From contig OX337231.1 in assembly GCA_946965045.2 (NCBI GenBank), positions 3,720,001-3,784,000 of the forward strand: a stretch of 64,000 nt of DNA, written 5' to 3'. The notes beneath the pieces were generated by a model. It worked only from the letters and a program-made list of their open reading frames with translations. It had not been told where the DNA came from and made no database searches. Positions 1 through 11,818 of this stretch are shown one piece after another (position 1 is the stretch's first letter; every line of letters starts with the position of its first letter). The position numbers and the translations under genes were made by a program. The DNA is from Epithemia pelagica. Lineage: Eukaryota; Protista; Bacillariophyta.

Positions 1-1017
1 TCAGTCCATGAATAAGGAGGAAAGCGAGGACGACAACGCTACTTGGGAACGTCTGAACCGCCCGTCCGCCATTCAAGTTTACACAAGAGCGAAGGCCAGA
101 GCAAAGGCCACGCTGTAAAGGAGAAAGCTATTCCGAAACAGACTACTCAAATCGTTTCGGAGTCTATGACACGGCTCAAGAAGCAGATATCCCTCATCTA
201 CGGTAAAGTACTTCGCAAGATATGGTTCCTGGTCCGCATGATACTCCCACTCACTCTGTATTGTCCTTTTTTCTATGACATGGTCGTTTCGTACCCAATG
301 GATGTGGCAAACTTGTGCAAAGCATCGACTAGTGCGATCTTTGGAAGACTGCTGGTGAAGGGTGATGTATACAAACAGTCAACGGGCGAAACGCTTTCCA
401 ATGATGTCAAAGCAGAACGGCCGGAGCCAGTCGAAACTATGGAAACTAGTCCACAAACGTAACGTCTGGAGTTTGGTGAAGAAGAGAGCACTCAGTGGAC
501 AGACAAGGCTGCACCAGTTTTAGATGCTACATGGAATATTCGTTTTCAGGAGCTTGTAGAGTACAAGCGTCGACATGGGGATTGTTTAGTTCCTCAAATA
601 TATCACCCCAATAGAGCACTTGGAAACTGGGTACATAGCCAACGGCAACGATTCACCAAGCAAAAGGACCATCAAAATGGCAGACCATCAAAATTGACAT
701 GTTCCAGAATAACCCCGGATGAGATCTCGAAACTTGAATCAATTGGTTTTGAATGGAATGCTATTGAGGCGATTTGGATGCGGAGCTACAAAAAACTTGA
801 GACGTATGCCAAGAAACATGGTAATTGCAATGTTTCCAAGAGGAGAGATAAAAAATTGTACAAGTGGGTCAACGACCAACCAAAAAGGTACCGACAAAAG
901 ATTGATGGATCATCGAACGCCATGACAGATAGACAAATTGAATTGTTGGAAAGCATTGGTTTCAATTGGGATACAGTGAAAGCCACACACGCTAAGAGGA
1001 GCGCATTTCCGTGCTGA
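1..1017 (+). pseudogene. HA (helicase-associated) domain gene, disrupted copy, 5' end outside window
   Basis: Near-identical to 4890-6021. Has a 1-nt deletion at ~50 (GGGAAC-GTC vs GGGAACAGTC) and an in-frame TAA at 460-462 where the paralog has GAC. Downstream frame encodes three HA repeats (WNIRFQELVEYKRRHGDCLVP...LESIGFEW; W..SYKKLETYAKKHGNCNV...LESIGFNW). Confidence 0.8.
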
Positions 1018-1820
1018 CACGCATCCTCACTTTTTCCAACTCTCTTTTTTCCGGGCGCACGTAGACGAACAGGAATGGCCTCTGTGACGTCCAAGAGCCG
1101 CTCTTTGAATTTGATCAACGGCAACGACTGGCTTTACCGGGTCTGTGCATACAAGTTTCCCGCATTCCCATGCTTCAACCTGACTTCCTTCGAAGCTGGC
1201 TGGCGATTGACTCAACAATCCATCACGAGTGCAATCCATCGGAACGTGATCTCGGTCGGTTTTCGTTGGTACCATGCTAATGGCGGCAGAAAAATAGCAA
1301 AAAAGATTTGGTTGTCCTGCGGCTCTGTTTCCTTGCCAACCAAGATCCGTTCCACTCGTGGCGTTGCTTCCAAAGCCGCATCGAAACATGAGAAACATCA
1401 TGCAGATTTCGGAGTTGAGTATTCGCCTCGCTTGAGGGGCTTTCCCCCGAAGTCCCCCATCTTGATCAGGGGGCCGAAACATAACGGACGATCAACGCAC
1501 AGACAACCACTACCTAATCTTTGAGAGTGATGCGGTGAAATTGGAAGGGCGAAATGAAAATTGCAGATTTATGAAGAGTTTCATATTTTCTGTCTAATTC
1601 GTCAATACCATTGCAAGGGGCGCATCTTCTCTCGCGGTGGTGAAGCCTTCTGAAAAAAACGAATTGGGAGGCTCACCCGTTCCGCGAAACCTGAAAATTC
1701 GAAATTGGATTTCGATTTTCGATGAGCCTCTCCATCACATGTATGTCCCCCTCATTGTACTAGCCGCAATCGTGCTTGTATTCCTCTTCCCAACTGCATT
1801 CCAACAACCCGCCACTAATA

Positions 1821-2981
1821 ATGGTAACCCCGTTGGTCGACATTCGTTCCTCCTACCATCAGTCCATAAAGTTGGAGAACAAGTCAACTATGGAATCTCT
1901 GTTTTCTCGCAACACCATAACAAGTCCTGATCATACTCCTTTTGATTCACTCGTTCTAAACCCCGCCGATGTGCTCCTGGGAAGGGGCAAGGGGTTTTAC
2001 AAGTGGGCAGGAAATGTGGTGTACTCCAAAATCATATCGTCCTTTGTTCCAGCCTACGAAGCAGCCACCAAGAACAAGGACAAGATGCGAATCTCTCTTG
2101 AGATTGTTTCCCTGATCAAAGTGAACGGAGGTCGCTTTGTGGGAGTCGACACGACATTTGGACCACACGGCGATTCCCTTGTGGAATTGTACGAAGTGTC
2201 GGATGCGGATGCACGGCAAAAGGTGTCCCAGGTGAGTCTTGCTCATGCGTTCAAGTCCATGCTTCCAACAATGGGTCATTGTGCTGAACTGAATGTCCAC
2301 GAATCGATTCTCACACTTGATACAAAACAGGCTTTACGACACAAGAGAAAGCTGTCCAAGTCTAGAAGGAAACGGAGCAAGTCCACTTCCTCCAGCAAGG
2401 CTCACAGTCGTTGTTTTCCCCAGAAGCCCGACCGCGTCGAGAATCAAGACAGACTCTTGACGAAACCAACACCACGCAAGCAAGTCTCAAGGGTTGGACA
2501 GGAACAAGCTTGTATGATGGATTCCTGCTCCATTACCAGCTTACTCAAGACCAGCCCAACGCCCTTGAAGGCTTGCACTGTTCGCGTTCGTCACCACGAA
2601 GATGCCAATGTCCTACGCGACAGTTGTTCACAAGACCAGGAAGCGACATCAGGACGTCTGGTAGTCATGGATTCATCACCCTCCTCCAATCTGGTGTGTC
2701 CTGCTTCTCCTCCCTCCTGTTCCAGTACGACATGTTCTAGCAGCAGCAGCAGTAGCAGTGCTAGTTTGTGTTCGATTGATTTGTTGGAACTCGAAAGTGA
2801 TCACAACCAAGTGATAGACCGGGACAACAGCTGTGGACTGCAACTTCCCGAGAATATGGAGTACTACCATGTCGTGGACACGGACAATGCATCCGAGTTT
2901 AGTTTGTTGGATATCGAGGATCAGTCGTGTCTCTTTCCGGAGAGTACGTATGCGTGGCGTTCCCACAATGCTTGTGAATAA
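1821..2981 (+). CDS. DUF6824-domain protein (paralog A), 2 exons; intron 2232-2330
   Basis: Motif DVLLGRGKG..GN..Y...Y....K..I...IV..GGRF...YEVSD.DARQKVSQ|ALRHKRK. GTGAGT donor at 2232 and CAG acceptor at 2330 restore KVSQALR. Start codon could instead be 1890. Confidence 0.85.
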   Translation: MVTPLVDIRSSYHQSIKLENKSTMESLFSRNTITSPDHTPFDSLVLNPADVLLGRGKGFYKWAGNVVYSKIISSFVPAYEAATKNKDKMRISLEIVSLIKVNGGRFVGVDTTFGPHGDSLVELYEVSDADARQKVSQVSLAHAFKSMLPTMGHCAELNVHESILTLDTKQALRHKRKLSKSRRKRSKSTSSSKAHSRCFPQKPDRVENQDRLLTKPTPRKQVSRVGQEQACMMDSCSITSLLKTSPTPLKACTVRVRHHEDANVLRDSCSQDQEATSGRLVVMDSSPSSNLVCPASPPSCSSTTCSSSSSSSSASLCSIDLLELESDHNQVIDRDNSCGLQLPENMEYYHVVDTDNASEFSLLDIEDQSCLFPESTYAWRSHNACE

Positions 2982-4008
2982 AGGACACAGACCACATCTT
3001 GTTTTTTGTAGATACTCGCGCATTCTTCATGTTGGGGGTTAACATCATATACATATATATTGTATAGTCAAAAAGTGATTTTCAGAGCACCTTGCCCATT
3101 GTCCAACATGTTTTTCATCGTGGATCAGAAAAAGGATCGAACATTCTGACTTCCCAGTGGAGGCTCTTGAGTGAGCAAACTCGTAGTTCTTGACGACTTC
3201 AAAAGACAATGGCTACCATGGTCCTCGTTCCAACGGCCTCTTGGCCAATCGCCACGAGAGCACCTGCGACTTCCTGTACTTGTGGGATGTGGAGGAGGAG
3301 GATTCATTGGTTCCACTGTGCTACAGCGGTTTGTGGTGGGTCAAGGTTACACGAGAAGTAATCCCATTATTCGTTTCAGCAAAGTTGCGAGTCTGTTTTT
3401 GGATGGGTGAGGAACGACCGCTCCCCAAACAAGTGCAAAACCTGCAGTATTGTGATTGAGTGGAAAGAGCTACAGGCAGTCGTCCAAAGGATCACTGGAA
3501 ACGCATCAACCATCAACGTGTCGCTCAAAGTCCATTCGCCACATCTCTAGAAGAGGACTTGGTTCTTGGTTCGGCAGGAGAAGGGCGATCCCAAAATTAT
3601 TTGTGGAGACTTTTCGATTCCAGACTGCCGACGGACGCTTTCCGCGCCCATTCGTCCGAGCGTGCCTATCTCTATGGGGTTTGATCGTGGTCACGGTTTG
3701 GACCGGCTCGCAATCAATCCATCAGTGTCACGATGACCCCATCGCATCGAACGGCCCTCTCGTTCGAACCTCTTGGCCGATGGCCAAAGCGTGTTCGGTC
3801 CAATTCCATCTTTTATTACCTAGGATAAGTTCCTGTCAGGAGGAATGATGTTTCCGGACGATGGGAACCGATGGAAGTTCCTCGAACGGAGAGTCACAGG
3901 ATGTGCCTTTGTTTCAGGAAAATCTGAACTGCGGCCGCCCGAAATTTTGGGGCTCCTCCTCCACAACGCGCAAGTATCCCAGCAGAGCAACGATTCTTCT
4001 CGTAGAAC

Positions 4009-6021
4009 ATGGCGTGCCTGAAACACTATTTTCAGCCTCGTCTCTCTCAGCTTGCGTTCTCTCTCAGCAAGCATGGACAGGTTTGGAAGATGCTTCGATC
4101 ACGAACCCTCGCTGACAGGGACTCGTTGCTTCGTGTATTTGCCGGAATCCGATCCTTTTCGCGAAATACCAAGATAAGAAATTGGAGTACCAAGCAATCC
4201 TATGTGGATCTGCTGCTCTCGATGTCTCACCTTGTTGTTGGTCCTCTCGATCCGAACCATGCTCGGCTGACACTCTCTATACCGAAGGATCATGGTCCTC
4301 AAGACACATTCGACAGTGTTAGCATCATCGCCAAGTCAGGTTTGTTGAATTCCCCGCATATATTGGAAGATAACGAAGAAAATTCAACAGGGAATGACTT
4401 TTTGCCACACTTGCATGATCCAGGCGCTTACGATCATAGAATGGTTGAGAGCCACCGGGCCCGCAAAGGCGAACCACTACTTGGAACCAAGGTACCGACC
4501 AAGGCTGATCCTTTGTCAAAGGATCATAGCCGCAAAACCACACAGTACCTCTCGGATCGGCTCCCTCCGTCCAATGCTCGTGTTCACGGCACACCATCAG
4601 GCCGTGGACCAGCCCATGTAAATCGATATTTCCTGCAGTCCATGACAGACCAAGACGACCATTCTACAGCGAAACAAGCTGGGCCAGACATGCAGGATCC
4701 AAGCACGAGCGATTGTCCGGACGCGAGCCAACCGACCCGCAAGGATCAGGAACTACTTGGACCAACCACTGCTGACAGTGCCATTCAAGACAGAGAAACG
4801 CGTTACCACTTGGATCCGACCTCCCCGTGCAATAAGGATGTTCAAGGCATAGAAGACCGCGTTTCAGCCTACGAAGATATGTGTTTGCTTCAGTCCATGA
4901 ATAAGGAGGAAAGCGAGGACGACAACGCTACTTGGGAACAGTCTGAACCGCCTGTCCGCCAACGCAAGAGCGAAGGCCAGAGCAAAGGCCAAGCTGTAAA
5001 GGAGAAAGCTACATCGTCCGTTCCGAAACAGACTACTCAAATCGTTTCGGAGTCTATGACACGGCTCAAGAAGCAGATATCCCTCATCTACGGTAAAGTA
5101 CTTCGCAAGATATGGTTCCTGGTCCGCATGATACTCCTACTCACTCTGTATTGTCCTTTTTTCTATGACATGGTCGTTTCGTACCCAATGGATGTGGCAA
5201 ACTTGTGCAAAGCATCGTTGAGAGCAATCCTTGGAAAACTGCTGGTGGGAGGTGATGTATACAAACAGGCAACGGGCGAAACGCTTTCCAATGATGTCAA
5301 AGCAGAACGGCCGGAGCCTGTCGAAACTATGGAAACTAGTCCACAAACGGACCGTCTGGAGTTTGGTGAAGAAGAGAGCACTCAGTGGACAGACAAGGCT
5401 GCACCAGTTTTAGATGCTACATGGAAAGAGAAGGCTGCAACAGATGTGGAAATTTTTGGTCAACAAGACATTGCTACATGGAAAGAGAAGGCTATGCCCG
5501 TTGCCGAAAGACGCAAGTCCAACAAGTCCAACAGAGAATTGCGCCAAGAAGAGACTTTCAAGATTCGTTTTCAGCAGCTTAAAGACTTCAAGCGTGGAAA
5601 TGGGCATTGTTTAGTTCCTCAAAGATATCCCCCCAATATTCAACTTGGTCACTGGGTGCATCACACACGGCAACGATACACCAAGCGAATGGACGTTGAA
5701 AATGGTAGACCATCAAAATTGAAATGTTCCCCAATATCCCCGGATGAGATCTCGAAACTTGAATCAATTGGTTTTGAATGGAATGCTATTAAGGCGGTTT
5801 GGATGGAGAACTACGACAAACTTGAGAAGTATACCAAGAAGCATGGTAATTGCAATGTTTCCATCAACAGAGATGAAGAGTTGTGCAAGTGGGTCAACCT
5901 CCAACGAAAAAGGTACCAACGTAAGATTGATGGATCATCGAACTCCATGACAGATAGACAAATTAAATTGTTGGAAAGGATTGGTTTCAATTGGGATAAA
6001 AGTGAAAGCCACCCACGCTAA
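4009..6021 (+). CDS. HA-domain protein (670 aa): long low-complexity N-terminus, hydrophobic segment, C-terminal HA repeats
   Basis: Uninterrupted ORF. HA (PF03457-like) motifs RFQQLKDFKRGNGHCLVPQRYP..LGHWV..R, LESIGFEW, NYDKLEKYTKKHGNCNV, LERIGFNW. Confidence 0.88.
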   Translation: MACLKHYFQPRLSQLAFSLSKHGQVWKMLRSRTLADRDSLLRVFAGIRSFSRNTKIRNWSTKQSYVDLLLSMSHLVVGPLDPNHARLTLSIPKDHGPQDTFDSVSIIAKSGLLNSPHILEDNEENSTGNDFLPHLHDPGAYDHRMVESHRARKGEPLLGTKVPTKADPLSKDHSRKTTQYLSDRLPPSNARVHGTPSGRGPAHVNRYFLQSMTDQDDHSTAKQAGPDMQDPSTSDCPDASQPTRKDQELLGPTTADSAIQDRETRYHLDPTSPCNKDVQGIEDRVSAYEDMCLLQSMNKEESEDDNATWEQSEPPVRQRKSEGQSKGQAVKEKATSSVPKQTTQIVSESMTRLKKQISLIYGKVLRKIWFLVRMILLLTLYCPFFYDMVVSYPMDVANLCKASLRAILGKLLVGGDVYKQATGETLSNDVKAERPEPVETMETSPQTDRLEFGEEESTQWTDKAAPVLDATWKEKAATDVEIFGQQDIATWKEKAMPVAERRKSNKSNRELRQEETFKIRFQQLKDFKRGNGHCLVPQRYPPNIQLGHWVHHTRQRYTKRMDVENGRPSKLKCSPISPDEISKLESIGFEWNAIKAVWMENYDKLEKYTKKHGNCNVSINRDEELCKWVNLQRKRYQRKIDGSSNSMTDRQIKLLERIGFNWDKSESHPR

Positions 6022-6806
6022 GAGGAGCGCATTTCCGTTCCGTCACGCATCCTCACTTTTTTCCGGGCGCATGGAGACGAACAGGAATGGCCTCTCTGAC
6101 GTCCAAGAGCGGCTATCAAGGACACGTCTTTGAATATGATCAACGGCAAGGATTCGCTTTACCGGGTATGTGCATACAAGTTTCCCTCATTCCCATGCTT
6201 CAACCTGACTTCCTTCGAAGCTGGTTGGCGATTGGCTCAACAACCCATCACGACTGCAATCCTACGGAACGTGATCTCGGTTGGTTTTCGTTGGTACCAT
6301 GCTAATGGCGGCAGAAAAATAGCAACGGAGATTTGGTTGTCCTGCGGCGATGTTTCCTTGCCAACCAAGTCTCGTTTGGAGTGCGACTGCTCAATAAAAC
6401 TGGACGGTCTTGACATCTTCTAATATGAAGAAAAAGGTAGAAATATGACATTGAGCGATAGAGAGGCTGCGGTCTTGAGTCGCCCGAGCGAGAACCGAGA
6501 ACACGAAGGTGATACTGTTATGAAATTTCAAAAGTTGTTCAATACAATAAGCCTGATGACAACGAGTAGACTACCTTGAACAACCGCATTGATGAATCGA
6601 AACAACAAACAACCAATATGAAAGCGTAATAGCGAATCCGTCATCCTCATATTTCCCGCATTTCGCCTTCCATTCTCACTCTCCACTCTCACACCATCGT
6701 ACCCTTGTGAAGTAAGTGTCGCGCCTCGCGTCTCGCGTTGTCCCTGTCCATTGTCCAGAGGTATTGGCAAGTGACGATTGACGATACGAAAAATAATAAT
6801 ATGGAG

Positions 6807-7094
6807 TTTCAGAAGGCTTCACCACCACGAGAGAAGATGCGCCCCTTGCAGTGGTATTGACGAATTAGACAGAAAATATGAAACTCTTCATAAATCTGTA
6901 ATTTTCATTTTTTCGCCCTTCCAATTTCACCGCATCACTCTAGTTGTTGTCTGGGCGTTGATCGTCCGTTATGTTTTGGCCCCCTGATCACGATGGGGGA
7001 CTTCGGGGGAAAACCTCTCAAGCGAGGCGAATACTCTGCATGATGTTTCTCAGGATGTTTCGATGCGGCTTTGGAAGCAAAGCCACGAGTGGAA
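6807..7094 (-). repeat. Inverted copy of 1350-1655 inside the second cassette
   Basis: Reverse complement matches 1350-1655. Forward homology stops at 6369 (CCAACCAAG), 5 nt before where the inverted homology starts in copy 1. Confidence 0.9.
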
Positions 7095-7451
7095 TGACTC
7101 ATTATCGCTGGTGAAGCGTGTGGGTCCAATCATTCTCATGTGTGATTGTATTTATTTATATGAGCGTCCAACTAATCCCATAAACAAATTGCTGCATGCG
7201 AGAAGAAGCAGTCGCATGAATGGCATGACCGATCCTACACTTTTTGCGGAAAAAGTACACGTCTGAAGCAGAAATGGACAGCTCGATGGATTACTGTGAC
7301 ATCGCCACAGTTGAATAAAACCGAGTATCTCCTACCTCCTGGCTTTGTCGGATCCTCTAAAAGGATATTGCGCCCACAAATCAGTTGCTCAGAACTCTTC
7401 ACAACGAGCCAGAAATTCAAAGATACCTCAGCACTGAAGCTCTGAAGAACA

Positions 7452-8731
7452 ATGAAGTTGGTGCGACCTATTCCGTACAAAGCAGGCCATGTGACCATCG
7501 AAGCAGGGTCGACTTGTTCATCGAATGACGGCAAAAATTCTGTGAACTCAAGCAATGCGTCCTCCCTGGTTTTGACATCAGCTGATGTCCTACTTGGACG
7601 AGGCAGGGGCTCCTACTCCTGGACTGGAAATAAAATCTATCAAGAGCTCTTGACAAGATATGTTCCAGCCTACACAATGGCCAAACGAAACAAAGATAAA
7701 ATGCATATTACAGACGAGATTGTCGCCACAGTGAAATCGAGAGGAGGCAGATTTTTGGGTATGTGCCAATCCAAGACTGTTTCGGCTTCCAAAAGCCACT
7801 TGTATGAAATTTCGGATGCAGAAGCACGCATCACGGTTTCCCAGGTAAGCATTGGCTCATCGCAATGGCTTGTTTGATGTCGTATATGTGAGCCTCTAAC
7901 GTTCATTCCGGTGTTTTTTGCTCTATGCGTGTCTAGGCGATGAGGCATCGCCTTCGAGCGGCATTGAAAAAGAAGAAAAGAAGCTTACAAGCTCTCACAG
8001 AAACCCTGCCAGCTCCTGCACCATCATCATTGACCGGTCCCAAAGGCGCAAAGACATTTGTTCCGACCAGTCATGGATCCGAGCCATGCGCGAATACATT
8101 GAAGAAATACGTTTCAGACACACGATTGCGAAACACAACTACTTTCAATGATGGAGTAGCAAACTTGTCACAACAACACGAACCGAGGCCAGTTTCTCCC
8201 GTGGCTTCAACGTCAACACCTAGTGGCGGACGGTTCGATAGTGGAAGACTTGATTACCTGCTTCAAGATCCAACTTTCCGGGAGATTCTGGAAGATTTTA
8301 TGACAGAAGAACCGACAGACCAATCTTATGGGACAACAGATATGATACCTTTTTCACAAAGTTCCCAACTAAAGGACTCTACCAGTTCTGTAGTGCACTG
8401 CGTGCATGGCAGCCGTCGCCGCTCCTTACTTTCTCTGTCGTCTAAATCTTTCATGCGGAGCAAGACAATGGCCTCTGAAGGCATCGCTGCGTTGGCTGAG
8501 ACCATTCGATCGCAAAACTCAACGAGTGACTGCTGTAAAACGACGATGAAGAACCAAGACGAAAACGACCTTCTCTTGGCGGCATTGGATTTGCAGGAAC
8601 AAGATTTGTCTCGTTGGTCTTCGTCTATTTTGTTGCTCGGTGGAAGCGAGGCAAGATTGGAAGACAATTTGAACACAACACACGATGATGGCGCGCTTGA
8701 TTGGCGATGCATTTGCTACAAGGACACATGA
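7452..8731 (+). CDS. DUF6824-domain protein (paralog B), 2 exons; intron 7845-7936
   Basis: DVLLGRGRGSYSWTGN...GGRF...YEISDAEARITVSQ|AMRHRLR. GTAAGC donor, TAG acceptor. Confidence 0.85.
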
Positions 8732-9301
8732 ATGTTCCCTCAGAACGGCACAACTCCCCCCGAATCGTACTGTGACAAGGCGAGAGCTACCACAGTAAAT
8801 GAGTAAAATACATAGAAGCTAGGCCTATCGAGATCAAGGTAACAAGGCATGTTTAGAGAGCTTTTGTTTCCTTGGTCTAGTACCATAGTTTTGTCTTCGC
8901 GGGTCGGACATGTGAGACTTGGCATTTTGCTATGTGGCTATCTCTCCACGGCAGGAAAATATCTGATGCGAGTTTCGTCAGTGTTCTACCAAATGCATTC
9001 TTCTTTGGGTAAACTGTCCAGTACTGCATAGAAAGGGCCAATCATGACACCCAAGAACAACAACAAAAGGCGGTACCCACGACGGTAGTTGTTGGGTATT
9101 TTCCCCAGTGCTTTGCGGAGGCATGACCAACAGGTACAATATCGGTTCTTGGATGCCGCGTGCTTCCTTTCCCCATGCTTACTTTGCAAAAACGCAACCA
9201 CCGTCCTTTCTGTGTTGTATTGCTCTCGAAAGGGGCACGCACACTGGACGATCAGCCATGACGCACCTGCACATTGCCGCGATAAACGACTCGACCCAGT
9301 C

Positions 9302-9948
9302 CTACTGACTTATACACTTGGATTCATCCAAATAGGCTCGAATCATGATTCCAAACTCCACTTGCGAACACTGTTTCTTCTTTTCCATGCTGGGAAAGGT
9401 GGCATCAAAGGCTTCCACCTCTTTGGGATCCAACTCTTCGAAAATGGGACTGTAATGGAACTGAAACTTGGTCTGGTTCTGTCTAGATTCCTCGTCGTCT
9501 TTTTCAGTTTCCTGTTGTGCTTGTTCTTGTCGTCGTCTAAATGGATGATTCTTGTCGGGCGGATTCAAAATTTTGATGAGTTGTCCATAGGGATATCGAC
9601 CAGTCTTGTCAGTAATGTTGTAATCTCGACAATTCTCAAAGCCGTATCCACAGTAGTTGTGCGGAGATCCCAAAATAATCACCGCCTTATAGTTCAAAGC
9701 ATCCGAAGCAATGGTAAAACTATGATCCACCAATCGACGTCCAATGCCCAAGCGTTCTCTTGACGTTCTTGTTGTTGTTGGTCCTTCTCCTCCTCCGTAC
9801 TGCCGCTTCGAATCACATAAGACTGATGACTGTACATGATGCATCCCACAATCTCCTTAGTCAGTCGATGCGTCAAGTAGTGCTCATCGCAGCCCGAACT
9901 GATTCCAAAAGGCTCGACGGCACAACTCTTCCACGGTCCGATAATCGG
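9302..9948 (-). pseudogene. Truncated, frameshifted duplicate of the GNAT acetyltransferase at 13698-14564
   Basis: High identity to 13678-14420. Lacks the 5' end, has in-frame loss of RHHADYVPELSFVAELET, and loses PTVTFGPLWVHPDYQ with a frameshift. The 3' flank 8870-9300 also matches parts of 12880-13690. Confidence 0.88.
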
Positions 9949-10028
9949 GACTGATAGCCTACTCGGCGCACCGCGCACGGTCTGTATGTTCTTCTTTATC
10001 TCCCGGGCTGCCAGTTCCGGTCGACGCT

Positions 10029-11711
10029 TTAGCGCAGTAGGCCGTAGCCAACATCCATCTGAGCGGTAAAATGAACGTGACCGTCGAAAGCATCAAGCAA
10101 GTCAGGCATCTCCCAAAGTTCTTCTGATTGGACAATTGTGTCCCATTCGGCAGTGCGATTCGCATCCACCGGCTGGAACTTTTGCAGGACGTACTTCATG
10201 GCAAACACATCATGGTCACAAAACATTTTGAGCTGACCGATGCGGGGGCAAGGATTCGAGCCGTTGGCGCGTCTATACTTTTCTTCATTCGATTCGAACT
10301 TCGTTTCGAAAAGAAACTGTTCCTGGATGGCTTTTGCAACATGTGGATGCCGAACTCCATCCCCTTTGATGTCGAGGAGTGTTGAGGGGTAGTTGGAACC
10401 TGTCTCACGAGCATAGTCAAAGTCTGTCAGAACGCCTTCATGGAGGACCATGTTCCGCAAACGAATGTCCCCATGGACAAAGTTCTTCTCGTGTAGACTC
10501 TTGAGCTTCCTGACAATCTCGGCTAGTTTTTGTGATTTCACCTTACCGTACCAAGGTTCTCCGTCGGTCCGCTTCAGGAACTTGGTGGAAACAATGTCCA
10601 AGCCATCCATGCTCATCAAGTTGGCGCCGGGATCGATGAACTCACGCACCAGGTCTATGTTGTGGTGGCGTTGATCTTTAGCGGAACAGGAGGAGTGCGG
10701 AGACGGTAATCGTAGGCTTTGTAGACAATGGCGTCATCCTCTGGCCCAGACCCTTCATGCACGGAGACAACTTTGCTGAGATACCCTTGGTGCCACTGTT
10801 CAGCAAGTTCGCTGCTGTACGACCGCAGATACCTTTTCAGACCTGATATGAACAACTTGAGCCCGTCCATGCCTTTTGCATTCAGAAGAAGTGATCGTGT
10901 GTGACTGGGTGTCTCGTAGAAATTAACGACGACACCGTAGGCTCGAATTTCTAGAGTTTCCAACGTTCGAACTTGTGAGGCAAGGTCGCTTAGAAGAAGC
11001 AATAGTGTCGCTTCCGTACACTGATGACTGGAGCAGGAAGGCCGAAAAGTTTAACACCGGCTTGTATTCAAGAATTGCCGCAATGGCGCCATGAGCAATG
11101 AATCCCACGTCCACGTCTTGCTCCTTTAGCTTTTTGTGCGGCACGATAGGTAATTGATGCACGCACTCGACCCCAATTTCCGCCAACTCGGACTGCAACA
11201 ATCGTGCAAGCTGGGCACTTCTTGGCTTTTCCGAAGGTGTACTTTTGCCCCGTTCACGAGGAAACAGCGTTTCAATAGGTTGCCGAACGATTTGCATCGA
11301 CTTGTCCTTGAGATCAAGATTGCGTGTCATGTCCAGGCAAAATTGCGTGTACGACTTGACCGAGACGAAGGCACCAAAACTATCGCTTTTACTCATGGTG
11401 GTTTCCTCGTATTTGCGCTTGTGACTGGCATTTTCTCCTTTTTCCAGCCCAGAAGCGGATATAGGACAAACGTCCGGGACGATGAAACTCTTCGAAGACT
11501 TGAAGGATTGACGAACGGAAGACAGCAAAACCTCGACTGCCCTTTCTTCGTCAAATGCGCCAGGTTGCGTCATGGCAAGCATTGCTCGCGCGATGATGGA
11601 CCACTGGTTCGACGGACAAGAAGTTCGGCCTCCGTCTTTCTGCCTCGCACGGCGGACTACTTTCTCGATTAATAATGCCTTCATGGCCGCGTTGTTGTCG
11701 TCACTACTCAT
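10029..11711 (-). pseudogene. PD-(D/E)XK nuclease + protein-kinase-like gene (Crinkler/CR-effector-like architecture), two frameshifts
   Basis: ORF pieces join into one protein: DVDVGF..AILEYK...QSSVY (REase D..ExK and QxxxY), VYKAYDYR, LHEKNFVHGDIRLRNMV, LTDFD. Frameshifts at ~10975 (TGC CTC A CAA GTT) and ~10685 (GTTCCGCT). Confidence 0.72.
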
Positions 11712-11818
11712 ATGATGAGACTCGTATATGATTTGCTTACTGTGTTTCAAAACAAGAGCTCTCCTCTTCTTGAACACAAGTTTTGTTGCAAAGGGTCGTC
11801 TGTCTTCTCTCCCCCTTA

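Larger units (their letters stand above)
1..6369 (+). repeat. Tandem segmental duplication: 1-1344 is repeated at 4890-6369
   Basis: Direct sequence match including the HA gene 3' half and ~320 bp of downstream DNA. Each copy is followed by a DUF6824 gene. Confidence 0.92.

Noticed and set aside
1027-1524. 149-151-aa ORFs on both strands in the cassette spacer
   Set aside because: Substitutions versus the 6087-6369 copy are mostly non-synonymous or create stops, and the ORF is broken by the inversion; no family recognised.
3190-3830. In-frame ORF pieces separated by TGA (possible readthrough or TE remnant)
   Set aside because: No recognisable domain; cannot be distinguished from decayed or non-coding sequence without a search.
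9951-9961. GATAGCC resembling the Harbinger TIR end at the GNAT/kinase junction
   Set aside because: Only 7 bp, wrong orientation to enclose the kinase gene, and followed by TAC rather than TAA/TTA.
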